DNA of 64,000 nt from positions 76,806,960 to 76,870,959 of the forward strand of contig JARFYF010000084.1 of NCBI GenBank assembly GCA_030265395.1. Direction: 5' to 3'. This DNA comes from Rhina ancylostomus. Taxonomy: Eukaryota. The position numbers and the translations under genes are program-made. Shown here piece after piece: positions 36,886 through 49,982 of this stretch. The notes under the pieces were generated by a model that worked only from the letters and a program-made list of their open reading frames with translations, had not been told where the DNA came from and did no database searches. The stretch's first letter is position 1; every line of letters starts with the position of its first letter.

Positions 36886-38090
36886 CTAGGACTAGTATTA
36901 AACATTATGCTAAATTTAGTAATGAATTAATACCTCTTTCTCTGGCAGCAAAACTTTATTAGTCTAGCAAATCAACACCATTACCACCAGCTGCACAAGG
37001 CTGAAATATAAGCAGAAGCATAAAAACTGAAAGATTTATATAAAGCTGCAGGACTTCAGTTCCTCATCTAACCCAAGATAAATTAAACTTTTCATGACTG
37101 TGGCTCCTTTGAAAGTCAATGGGTGGTATTTCCTTCAAGCCCTTGCAAAGCAATAATTCAAACAAACAAATTTTACGCATTGGCATTTTCTCATATCTTC
37201 ATTCATATCCTTCTACTCAAGTCCTCTCACATCTTTTTACTCAACTACTGCTCTTCCAAGGTTACTCACTCCCTTGTTCCTCTTCACTCTGGCCAGATGA
37301 CAACTTTTCCATTGCTAACATTTGATTTGCACCATGAAATCAGTCTTACAGTATATTTCACAGCATCTGTCACAGTCCTAGGGCATTCTTGCTTAAGTGT
37401 GGAAGCACAGAAGCCAACTTATGTACCAAGAGTAATTGCAAAAATCATCAGATATTTGTGTTTTTTTCCACTTAATGTTGATTGAGGGATTTTTCAAGAT
37501 ATTTGGGAAAATTCCCTGTATTTTTCCCCCAGAATAGTTCCATGTGTTTTTTTGTTGAGTTCACCAGAGGCTGCAGAGAAAGCCACAGTTTAATGTTACT
37601 TCCAAAAGACACACCTTGCTGCTGACTCTTTCACCACCAAGCTAATGTTTCAAGTTAAATGCTTCAGCCTCAATATCCCATTAAGCCCAAGCATAAATTC
37701 CAGCCCTATAATCTTTTCTTTCAGAACTTGTTACATGGTCTACCTCAGACTTCTTTGTCACCTCTCAATTCAACTGTTCTACTGCTTCCCAATAGCTTTT
37801 CATTCTCCACCTAGTGTAATGACCACCTCATTCAAATTTCTGCCTTAAGTTTCAGTCATCCTGACCATCATTGTTCCTCAATCCCCAAAGGCTGCAAACT
37901 TAAAATTCTCTACCTATGTTCGTTCCTCCATAGAACAGCTCCCACATCAGCTTATACCTTCAGTGACCTTTCTATTCTTCAGCTTCTTGTAGATCCTGCT
38001 ATGCTTTGGCAGACGTACCTTTGGCCACCTTACTGGAGCTCATGAAGATCAAGAAGAAAAAAAAATGCCAGATGCTGGAAATCTGAATTC

Positions 38091-38268
38091 AAAAACAGAA
38101 AATGCCAGAAGCCCTCAGCAGGTCAGGGAGCATCTCTGGAAAAAGAAACAGAGTTAATGTTTCAGGTCAAAGATCCTTTGAAAGAACCAGTTTGACCAAA
38201 GTGTCTTTAACTCTTCCTCTTTCCACCAATGCTCTCTGACCTGCTGACTGCTCCCAGCATTCTGTTTT
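38091..38268. repeat. Fold-back element of two inverted Penelope-like 3' modules
   Basis: aaaaacagaaaatgccagaagccctcagcaggtcagggagcat ... atgctctctgacctgctgactgctcccagcattctgtttt. Confidence 0.7.
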
Positions 38269-40919
38269 ATTGCTGGAATTCCTCACCACTTTCAAGACAC
38301 TGCCAAAAAAAATCTTGTAGAAACGTTTCTAGTCATTTTTAAAATTTCTCCTTTGGTTCAGTTCAATATTTTCCTTACATAGTGGTCAGAGATTATCCTA
38401 ACCAAAACCAAAATGCTCTAGATGGACAACATTAAAGGGGACGTAAATTGCATTTTTTGTTTTTAAACATACAAATCTTTATGGATGACAAGCTGAGATC
38501 ACATGAGCAGTGGTATAAACAGAGGCATAAGGAATGCAAAGTCATGCCAAACTTTTACAAATCTTTAGCTTGACCTTGTCTGAATACTGTCCCATTCTGA
38601 GCACTAGACCTTAGGATGTTGCTAAGGGGAGCCTGAATACCAGATGTAACATGATATTCTGATGAAACATTCAGGTGTGGGTTGCTTAAGCCAGGTTGCT
38701 TGATATTGTTGAGAACTTCATCCAATGTGGGACGATTTGCTTCATATTTGTGGGATGAGAATAGCACGGCTGAGGTTCTTGACCATTTACAACAATGGTC
38801 AAGTCAGGTATGGAAAAAGTGAAGCACTTGGACACATATCAGATTCATTTTGATAAGCCTAACATTCCATAGCCTTAGGCAGGACTCGGTGAAGATTTGG
38901 TAGATTGGAGCAGGAGTACAGGAGTTCTGCTACAAGGATAACAAAAGGAGGGGTTATTCTCCTGAGCGGTGATGGCAGAGGAGAGATTTGACAGTGGGGT
39001 TCAAAATAAAAAGGTGAATGGTTTTGACAGAGTAGGCAAGGTGGAACAATAACCACTGCAACTAGATTTAACAGCATTGTCAAAAGATCTAGAGATGAGA
39101 CGAAGGCAATTTTGTTAATGGAGTAAATTATTCTGAACTTGAATGCACTACCTACAAGGCCAGTGAAAGCAGCTTTAAATATAATTATTAAAATACTTGG
39201 ATGGAAAAGACTCTAACTTTACATTATGTAAAGGGTAGAGGAATGGGACAAACTGGCTAACCTTATTAAAGAGGTGTCAATGAGAGATGATCAATAAAGT
39301 ACATTTCTCTCCCATATTGTTCTACATTTATAATCAAGCTGACGTTAAAGGATGTTTAGAATTGTCAAATTGCAGTCTTCTCTCCTGTATTGAAACAGTA
39401 GAGAGTTCTCCAGATATATCAACCAACATTCTTCACCCTAACCCTCCACAGATTAATACTGCCGAACTTGCCATTTAAGTCAGTAGACTGAGCAGTTTTA
39501 CTAAGCTCTAGGTATCTGCTGCAGTCACTAACATGCCACTGACTGCTCTTCAAAGCAATTTGTCATACATGAGAATAGTTTGGACTGTTGATAGACATGA
39601 CAAGATAGCTGCATGAATTTGTATCATAACTTACACAAAATAAAATCCCCTTGTCTCCAGGCAAAACAAAAATGCAGACACTGAGACATATGAAGTGATA
39701 TTGGATGGGCTAACCAAAACCTTACTCAAGCAGGGTCTTAACATAAATAAAAGCAGAAAATGCTGGAAATACTCTTCACCTGCTCCATGACCCGTGTTTC
39801 CAACATATTCTTTTTATTTCAAATTTGCAGCCTCTGCATCTTATTTATTGCTTTTGGGATTTTAATACAAATCTGGAAAGAAGAAATGGAGGCGTAGAGA
39901 TTTGATGAAGAAAATTCCAGGGCAAAGGGACTAGAAACCTGAAGGGAAGACTATTAGTTGTGAGTCAAAGGATAAGGATGCAGAGAGATGAAAGACAGAG
40001 GGAGGTAATGGATTTGGATACAATTCGAGGAAGGTATAGAATTAGGTTGGCAGGCGGCCCTGGAATAATTTAAAAATATTGAGTTGAAATTTACTGTTTT
40101 AGAATAACAAAGGTCAGGGTATATAGTGAAGGGAATATAGTGTAGGACAGGAACTGGACAGTAGAGTTTTTGATGGGCAGAATCTTAAATGGGATTGAAT
40201 AACTAGAGCCATGGCACAACACCAATGAAATAGTCAAGTCTCTGTTGAGTATTTTGGCGACAGAAGATGGGTAGGTTGTCTGGTCAGCTCCAGATAGTAG
40301 TACTGAAATAGCCTGAATTGGGGACCACAGATTATGCCTCTCCACTCAGATTCTTCTTTCCACCTACTCTTTTATCATCATTTAAGCATCTGAGTTAAAT
40401 GCCCAACATTACTTGGTTTAGTTTTACCAGAAGCCAAGTTGGGACTTGGACACAGTTCCACAGTTCATGAATAATTACTGTAAATGCCTTTTAGCTCAAT
40501 GCTCGTGGCAATACTGATCCAGCCATTATAAATGCAAGCAAATTTAGCAAAAGGACATTTTATTGTGAGTTCCTGATAATAACAGGATGCATTAATGTGC
40601 AGTGTATCCTTTACATATTGCTTGCTGATTGAGATACCCAGCTGAATTTAAATGAGCCATAGAATCCTTGAAGCAGTGTTCCTTCTCCCTAAATTTGAAT
40701 AGTCCTATAGCTATATGAAGAACAAAAGCCAAAAACTCTGTATTCAAGTTTCTTTCATATTCTTGTAAAAAGGGAAATANNNNNNNNNNNNNNNNNNNNN
40801 NNNNNNNNNNNNNNNNNNNNNNNNNNNNNNNNNNNNNNNNNNNNNNNNNNNNNNNNNNNNNNNNNNNNNNNNNNNNNNNAAAGGGAAAAAGAAATATAGA
40901 CAGGCATTATGTAGAAAGG

Positions 40920-41172
40920 GGCCTAAAGTGATCCAGAGCCACAAAGTACTTTTAAAGCACACCCATTATAAATGGAACACAGATGTCAATGTCATATGAA
41001 CACACTACTACTTGAGTTATGTTTGGCTTAGATGGTCATCTGAAGGCTGACATCATTAACAATGCAGCATTCTCAGTATTGGACTGGATTGTCCACCCAC
41101 AGATTGTGCTGAATTATCTGGAGTCTTGAACACAAAACCCTTCAACTGCAGAGGAGTCCTACCACTGAGCAA
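40920..41172 (-). mobile_element. DeuSINE-type SINE remnant
   Basis: Same family as 5940-6275 (gatggtcatctgaaggctgacatc...cagcattctcagtattggactgga...cctaccactgagc). Confidence 0.45.
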
Positions 41173-42294
41173 AAGCCAAAGCCAGATAAAATTCTGGATC
41201 AATCCTGCTACTGCAGAAGAAATTTATTGAAATTACATACAGAAGTATTCTAACGAAGGAGGTGCAAAATGAAGCTTCTAGCTACAGCTATGTGTATCAT
41301 TCACATCAAATCTATTTTGAACTACATGGTAATTTTGAAGCAACTTGCATTTTCCCACAAAAAAAACTCCATTAATCCAGCACACTTGGGACTTTGGTAA
41401 TGGCAAACTGGTGATTTTCTGGATTATTGAACGTTATTGCAATTAATACTTCAGCATACTTTTAATTCACTTTCCTTAAAAGATTACACAGTAAAACGAT
41501 ATAATACATTTCCCTTGGGTCCCAGTGGGTCAAAGGAACTGTGGGGCTCTGGAGAGAGCGCAGGAATCAGCAGCGCATGAGCCAGATGCAGAACCAGGGA
41601 GGGATTCCTGAACAAAATTGGTTTTACTGTAAAACTAAAGAGGATTGATTACTCATTTTTGCTGCCTTTGCTAACATCATCAGAACTCAAAATGCTGGTT
41701 AAGCTCAACCAAACATTCTGAAGCTTACTGTATATCAGCTATGGCCCAAGCACGTAGAGAAAAGAGAATTTGAAACAAGAACTTCAAAACAAAACAAATC
41801 GAGTAGAAAGAAAGTCAATAACAAAAGTACTCCTGATACAGAGAATGGTAAAGGCCAACTCATCTTGGAGCTGTATTTTTGGATTGTTCATTATTTTGAT
41901 TCTTTCCATAATTGTCACCAATTAGAAAAAAATTAGGAAATTAAGTAGTGTTCCACAAGTCTCAACCATAGAGTAGGATTATTTTCCCTCTCTCATTCCT
42001 ATTTAATTACCTCCTTGAAAAATATGAAAGAAGTCAAATAAAAAGGTATCAAGACAGACTTGCTCCACTATGCACTGACAAAAATTGTAATAAAGAAGTT
42101 TTCTTAGGAATTCTAAAATTGCTTGAACAAGACAACTCACCATTAAAAGTTCACTGCATAGCTTTAAACCATGGAATCACATGTTCCAATGTCTGCAACT
42201 AAGGTGCAAAAAACTTTCACAAGCCACTGCTTAAATTGTACAGAAATATTTTGCATTTAAATAATGGAATTCCATGTTCTGCATTCCAATCTAC

Positions 42295-42790
42295 AGGAAC
42301 CCTTTAAGAAAGGATGTGAATGGATTGCTAGCAGAACAGAAGTGATTTTCCAGTCTAAAGTCTAGAATGGGGAGGTTACCTTTTGAGGAAAGTTGAATGG
42401 GTGAGGTTTGTATCTGCTGAAGAAGACTTGATTGAAACACAAGTTCCTGAGGGGTCTTGACAGAGTGGACATAGAGAATGTTCAGCTGTGGGGAAAATCT
42501 AGAACTCAGGGTCACTCTGAAAATAAAGGTTCACCGATTTAGGACAGAGATGAGGCAATATAATTTCTCTCAAAGGAACCCAAGGCTTTAGGACATTGCT
42601 TCCAATGCCATTTGAGGAAGGATCTTTGAATATTTTTAAAGATCAGGTAAAACAGATAGTTGATAGGCCAGAGAGACAATCACTGGTGACCAACTGCAGA
42701 ACTAAGGTTATAATCAGTTCAGCCATTAAATGGCAGAGCACATTGAAGAGGCTGAGTGACTTTTTTTCTGCTCCTTTTTTGTATGTTCAT
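42295..42790 (+). mobile_element. CR1-type LINE 3' end
   Basis: ttttccagtctaaagtctagaatg...ttgattgaaacacaagttcctgaggggtcttgacagagtggac..., ending aagaggctgagtgacttttttctgctcc. Confidence 0.65.
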
Positions 42791-44679
42791 TCTTTGATGC
42801 CCAACCTTGTTCATTTTGCAACAGTCATTAGCACAACCACATCACCAAATTTGACATAATTCTTCCCCAAATGTCATATTAATTTTTGAAGTGAAACCAG
42901 GAACTACATCAAATATTTTGCATCCATTCAAAAACTTCTTCAACAATGACAGTGTCCACATGCAAGGTCTGGATAACATTCTGGCACACAATGATGGACT
43001 GCTATAAGGAATACCATGATTTCTCATGTGGGAGAAATTTCTGTCAGTTGACTGATGGGTCAAGAGCTACCAGTGTGTTTAAGCTCCATTTAGAGCCATG
43101 AAAATCCAATTTATCCAGAATCCGATGATATCTAACAAGACGTGGATCTATTCCTGTTTTTGGGAAATTACTCCAGTGAACCAACAAATCAATACTAATT
43201 TATCATGTTCAATGTGTGATTTGGACATGTGAACACATTAACTGCGATTATACAAAATTATTTTTATAAAATGGGAGGGTCTGATTATTGTAAGCGAGCT
43301 GACAGAACAACAACTTTTACCTGTGTTCTAAACAATAAGCATACTTAGTTAGGAAAAGGCAGAGTTACGAGACTTCATTAGCAAATGCACATTTCAAAGT
43401 CTTGACAGAGCTCTGAATTTATCCAGTTCTCCAAAACCAGCAATTTCTGATGGCAGAAACAAACAGCTAGTCAGTAGGCATTGCTAAAGGTAATTGGAAA
43501 CTCCTAATAGTTCACCATCTCAAAAGTGATCTTTCAAAAACACAGGTTTATTCTTTGCAAGGAGTAAGTGCTCTGATCAGATTGCTCACTTCATTAGATG
43601 CATTTTTCCCTACAGCAGCTATAGCTATAAACTATTCAATCATGGGAAATGCTGGAATAGTATCCTATATTATCTGCCAAGCAGGACACAGATGGTACTG
43701 GTTTACAAATTCTTTGAACTTTCCCTTAAACCTGTCCTCGTCAGCAATTATCCCTACACAATGACTGGAGTGAGCTAGAGGAATGCTGGAGTCAAACATC
43801 ATTTAGATAAAGCAGTGGTAGGAAGGTGTTTTGCAAATAAAATGTGCAAACAAACAAATGACAACCATTTAAGGCAGATCTTGGTCTCCTACCTTAGATT
43901 GAATGATTGAATGAAATAGACATTCAAAAACTTAATACTTTGTAAAGAACTTCATGGTTTATTCAAAAAATTAAAAACACTACTCTGGTATTAATGAAGT
44001 AAATTCAGATCATAATACAGGCCAAATCTACAAATACAGAATAACCTAACAAGAATCATCCACCGAACATGGAGAAATAACATAGACTGACTTGAAGTTT
44101 CTTTTAGAAACAATAAAACAAAGAGATATGGTAAACAGCTCTAAAGACCACAATTAAAGCTTGTGAGCAAATATAGCATAAAGTTAACATTCACTTTAAT
44201 TATTATTACTTCAACCAATTTGGTAAAATGATTTAAAACTATTGCAAGCAAACAACAGTGATCTTCAATTGCACTTGCAAAATCCATAGTATTTTGTTTG
44301 TTATTTATTACTCATAACTTTTCAATTTTTTTTAAATATTCTTTTCTGGAGTTCTTTCATCCAAAAGGAACTTGGCATTTATCATATACAATCACTGAAA
44401 TGACAAATAGCTATACAAACTATATACTTGAAACTGGGTTCAATTAGTGTCCATTGCTTCTGTATATATGTCTATTTTACGTGGTCATTAAGAATACTCC
44501 TGTTGCATGAATAGCATTCCCAATAATTCAATATTAATGAAAGAGATCAAATCATTACATTTGTGTGTACTTCAAAATAATTAGTATCCTTCCTTCTGCA
44601 GCAAAAATAATTCAATGAGCAAAGTATTTTTAATAAACCAAGATACATCATTTCAAGTAACTGAAAAACCCAAAGAATG

Positions 44680-46010
44680 AGGAAATATCACTCCCACCTT
44701 CACATTATACCTCGCATTCCCATAGGGTCTATACTTGACCCTCACTATCTTTCATTTGCATTATGAACCACTACGTCTATACTTGAAGCCTATTTGCGAG
44801 AAAATCATCTACAACGACTTCTCTTTCTGGTCATCTGTTATTATCTCTGGATTTACCCTTGGCTCCCTCAAACTTCTCACAGCATTTTGCTTAGGGACAG
44901 TATAATCCAAAATCCAAAATCAGATTCCACATGCAAACTAACATTTGCTCACTCACTCACTGCCATATGATTTGTATTGCTGTTTGTTTAACAACTGGAT
45001 GCCCAGAAATTTCCTTCTTCTGTTTACTGGGAAGGCCAAAATTATTGTCGTTGGTTTCTGCCACAAATTCCATCCACAAGCCATCAACTCTCATCCTTTT
45101 TCCTCCATATACCTGAACATCCCAAATTCTGCTGCTCACAATTTGCACAATCCAATTCATCAATTGACTCTAAGCACTTTGTCCTTAATGACTGGGTCCT
45201 GATTCAGTAGTGCTTTGGCCTTAAAATTATCTCCATATTCAACCCCTCCANNNNNNNNNNCCTCCATGGCCTTGCCCCCTCCCGACCTTCCCTGACCTTG
45301 CAAGCTCTTGGAGATGTCCACTTTCCCTTGCTTCATACACTTAAACAAGTGAATTTTTCTGCTTGGAGCCTAAATAGTTGAAGAGACAGGCATTTAAGTT
45401 GCTCTGCCTCATCTTCATCTTTTAAGATGCTTTTTAAAACATACCTACTGGGCAGCTTTTCACTTTTGCTATGTTTAAGTGTTACATTAATGCAAATAAT
45501 TGTTGCCTCAGTCCATCTGGTATCAAAACACTCACCCGTGATTCACCTCTAGTCTCAGCTCAAAGGAACTCCCACCTTGCACATTTCAGTTAATTCAAAA
45601 CTCTGACCGCAGTCCAACCTGCAACCAATGTTTACTCACCTATTAACCTTTTGCTTGATAACCAAAACCACAAATCTAAAACTGTCATTGACTTTTAAGA
45701 TTTCTCCATGGTGTCAATTTTTCCTGTTAGTATTACATCCTCCAGGCCTTTGTGTTCCTAATTTTCTGGCTGCCCACTTCCCCATTTCTTTTACCTACTA
45801 TTTATCCAAGCTCTAAATTTAGACATCCCTCCAAAACCCTGTTCCCCTCTCCTTCCTCTTTAAAGCCTTCCTTTATGACCACACAGTAAGTCTCTGCCCC
45901 AATTTCTTCACTGGCTTCATATCAATCATTTGTCAGCTGCTGACTTTTCTCAGTTTGTGCTGCTGTGAAGCTCCCTGGGACGTTTTCTCTGTTCAAAGGC
46001 TTATATGTTG
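44680..46010 (+). mobile_element. Decayed L2-type LINE (RT region to 3' end)
   Basis: Pyrimidine-rich degenerate RT-like sequence ending gctgtgaagctccctgggacgttttctctgttcaaaggc, typical of an L2 3' end; by eye. Confidence 0.45.
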
Positions 46011-48014
46011 TTGGAGTGTACTCCAGTCACAATCCAGGCAGTCATTACTTAAAATAGTTCTGTGATATGCTGAATAAAACTTGATCATTACATTCTGAAG
46101 CAGCAAACTTCCTGCAGTCATAATTATTTGCTTCACTGGCTACAAAGCTTGCCCAAAATGATATTCTCAGCCTCCACTAATAAGGAATACTTAAATTTCA
46201 ATAGTTTTGTTTTTAAAAAAGCTTCTGGTATCCAATGCCTGTTGTACACAAATTGCCACTGTACACATTGCACACCAGGAGAAACCATCAGAATTTTACT
46301 GCAGATGGCTCAGCCTCAAATGACTTCCCACATGCTAAGAGTGCACATTGCCAGCAACACAAAGCTCCATCCTCTTTACACGTTGCAGTGAATGGGCAAT
46401 TTGGGAAGCTGAGTCAAATGATTTATTTCCAAGGGCTACTAATCCTTCTTGTGGGTCAGAAGTAATGTTATCCTCTCCCGATTAGAACTTTAATCTAGTT
46501 GACTATTTTGAATCACTTGCTAGTATTCAACCATGCAACATAATCAGTTTTGATTAGAAGTACCTCAGCCAGTTGAATTTTGGCTTGTGCAAGGTCTTAT
46601 AAAAGTTTGAAACCATTTTGTTATTCAATGCATTGGCTCTGGCCAAAGCATGGGTCAGATGGAACTAAATTTACATGAGATCAACTTTAACAAAAAATCT
46701 TTAACAGCCTCCAAATAAAACAAGCCTAAAAGACTGCAACCCATGATTCCAGAAAAATTAAAGGAATCTTAAGCGGTACATATGACACCATTCTGCCAAC
46801 TTACTCCTCTGTTTTACTTTAATTCAATTACTGTGTTACTGATAGTTATTAGACATTTACAGATGGGCCCTAGAATATTAAGAGGGCAAGAACTATTGCC
46901 CTTGAGGCAAAGCACTTAATTGTTAAATTCAGGCTTCCCCTTATGAGACAACACTTGGTTCTTTTTCTACATTACTACTGAACATGAAGCGTCAATGGTG
47001 TCTGAGGGAGGAGGAGCACTGAGCTGATAGCAATTAGAGATCATGTAACTTTACATACAGGTTTTCAAGCTTCAGTCCAGAACACCGAGAACCAGAGGTC
47101 AACCTGTTGATTATAGAAACTTCCCACAATAAAACCCTGTGAACAAACTCTGCAGGATTTCAAACATAATTTAATTAGAAAGATAAAGAGTGAGCAACAA
47201 AATGGCTGGGAAAATAGACCAAAGGAAAATAATTAAGGTCAGATAGTTAGATGAATTCCCAACTGCTGTGATTGGCAGTGTACAAACATCCTAATGCACT
47301 CAAAATACAGAAAAAAAGCTGAAAATAATAGACCATCATTCTGGTGTTCAAGTTAATTTTTATGCAGATTATTTAAATATTTAAAGGTTAAAATTTACCA
47401 TTGATCTTATTTCCATTCCATCAGTTAAATTTCAAAATTACACAATATTATTCCAAAATTCTATCCCCAACATTCCTCCCCACCCCCCATATTCCCATTG
47501 TTACATCTAGTTGCTTCAAATTAATCCAATTTACTGGCCTTAAATTTCCAATTCCAATTCTTAATCATCCTAAATGTGGAAAAACTACCATCTTACATTA
47601 TTCCAAAATTACCTTGAGACTCTAATGACATGCCTCCTTGCCCTTATTTTACTATTCTGTTTTTGCATCAAACAGGTAAATAACATGCTACCAGAATGCG
47701 ACTTGGTGGACAGTGAGCTTAGTGCCAGGATTTAGATCTTGATATTTCAACACACTTTTCCCCACAAACAAACCAAAGGCTAGGTTGGTGCATTGAAAAT
47801 GGTCGTAGATTTCATTACTAATGTCTGCCCTCACTAGCACTTGGCACATGGGAAGGGATCCATATTGACCAGGGTCTCATCATAAACCTTGATTTTTGGT
47901 TGGTCAAGGATCTCGCAGATATATAGTGAAAAACCAAATCTTCTATACGCCTCAGTGAAGAAATCAGCAATAGTTTGGAGCTTGGCCCTTGAATATGCAC
48001 ATATGCAGACACAG

Positions 48015-48016
<2 letters not shown>

Positions 48017-48089
<73 letters not shown>
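48017..48089 (+). repeat. (TG)n microsatellite running into an assembly gap
   Basis: About 36 uninterrupted TG units followed by 100 N. Confidence 0.97.
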
Positions 48090-49544
48090 NNNNNNNNNNN
48101 NNNNNNNNNNNNNNNNNNNNNNNNNNNNNNNNNNNNNNNNNNNNNNNNNNNNNNNNNNNNNNNNNNNNNNNNNNNNNNNNNNNNNNNNNCACACAGTTAC
48201 CTGGAGTCTCACTCATGGCACAGAAATGCCTGTGGCCCCCCCACCCCCCCCCCCAACTATCAAGTTGCCTATCTCTACTGTTCACCTATACCTTGTCCTT
48301 TCCTGTTGTACAACAGAGCCAGCCATGTGCCACTACTTAGCTCTTTTGCTTTCCTCTACAAGTCTAGATGGACTATTTACATCAGGCGGACTGGAGTGTA
48401 CAGTTCTACTTTAACCAAATCATTCAATAGCAACAGCTTCTGGGAATTCAAATCAGCTGTTTAGAAACATAATCCAGCATTCTATTCATTTGATTTTCAC
48501 ATCACCATCTTTAGGCCAAGCAAGTAACAAATCAATTTGTTCTCATTTATCTCCTCACCTTTGATGATGTACATGGTACCTTTAACTGACTACATGAAAA
48601 TTTGCGTGGTCAATTCTCAATGGGAATTGAAAGCTTTTTATACAATGAAATGGTAGAGTACAGTGACCCATAAACACCAGGGGGACATGTCAAATGTACT
48701 TCTGCTGTCAGACTTTACTTCTGGAACCTTATTCAGCTCTTTTAAAAAACATAAAATAATATGCCTGTTCAGTTAGTGACAATCTTCACTTTAGGCTTTG
48801 AGATCAAATAAGCAAATGAGGTACAATTTTGTGAAAAATCAAAAATCATTTAAAATTACATTACCTAATAAATCTTGCACAGCTACTGTTACAGAACTGG
48901 AATATGCCATTTATAAAGCTGCACTGTATTCACACCATGATATAATCCTTAATACTTTTGTCAGAAAATTAATTTCCTTGAGGAAACTGTGCTCATAACT
49001 CATCACCCAGCCTCATTCTACAAGGGCCACACCAGACACTCATTTGTTCCTGCAAACTGGCCAATATGTTTTCATGCAATTTGCATGAAGTTTGAAAACC
49101 TTCAGCCTCAGAAAATCTTACAGTAACTGGAGATGCTGAAGATCATAAAATATTCACATCTAACCAGAGAATGATTTTATCCATGTTAAACTCCATGAAA
49201 AACTTACAGGTTAGACATGAGCCACATACACTACTTAAGTTTGGAGTCTGCAAGGCAAACCTACCAATCTATATTGCACACAAGTAACAGAAAAGTGCAT
49301 TGCCCTTAACAAAAAGCACATAGGCCGCCATGGTGAATTTACATCACATTTACCATTGCTGTTATGTAATACGAGCTTCACCAGTGCAGTAACATTGGAG
49401 GAAATTGGCTGTTAAAGGCCAAGCTGCAGCAGAGGAAAACAAAGAATCTTCTTCCAGAGGGCATTCAATGAGTTCTGGATTGTAATAATAATTGCTAGTG
49501 AAATTATGTCAAGTGTAACTACAGACCATTAGATCCATTGCCAA

Positions 49545-49982
49545 TACAACCAAGTCCTCAGTATCCATGGGGGATAAGAACCTGGACTTCCAGTTTAAAA
49601 ATATATGGATACAACCATGGCCCTCTCATTTATACCAAATACAACCCCAAATAAACATAAATACAGTCTATGATGGTCTAAAAGCATTGACACATTAATA
49701 AACACTTCAATGTTATAATACCTAAAAGAAAATGACATTAGTTAACAAACTTCCATTGAAACTGACAGTGATGGGTTTTGAAGTCATGAGGTAGACACAT
49801 TAGCAAAAACCTGGTTCTTTAAGTCCACAGCAGGAAGGCACTTGAAACTATATTTCTACAGACAATGATCAGTTCCTTAACACGTTCATAGATATATTTG
49901 TTAGAACGGGGCTTGGGACTGACTTTGCAGGTATGCATTTAGCAAATCTGAGGATAACGAGCACTTTGTGTAAATCCTACTG
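49545..49982. mobile_element. MER2/Tigger-like DNA transposon remnant
   Basis: Start gtcctcagtatccatgggggataagaacctggac resembles the Tigger2/MER2 terminus; the far end reads ctgaggataacgag...ctactg. Confidence 0.4.

Noticed and set aside
47818-48464. Long ORFs with CVCVCV / THTHTH runs
   Set aside because: These are translations of the (TG)n microsatellite plus N gap. The ca run after the gap suggests an assembly join at the repeat.
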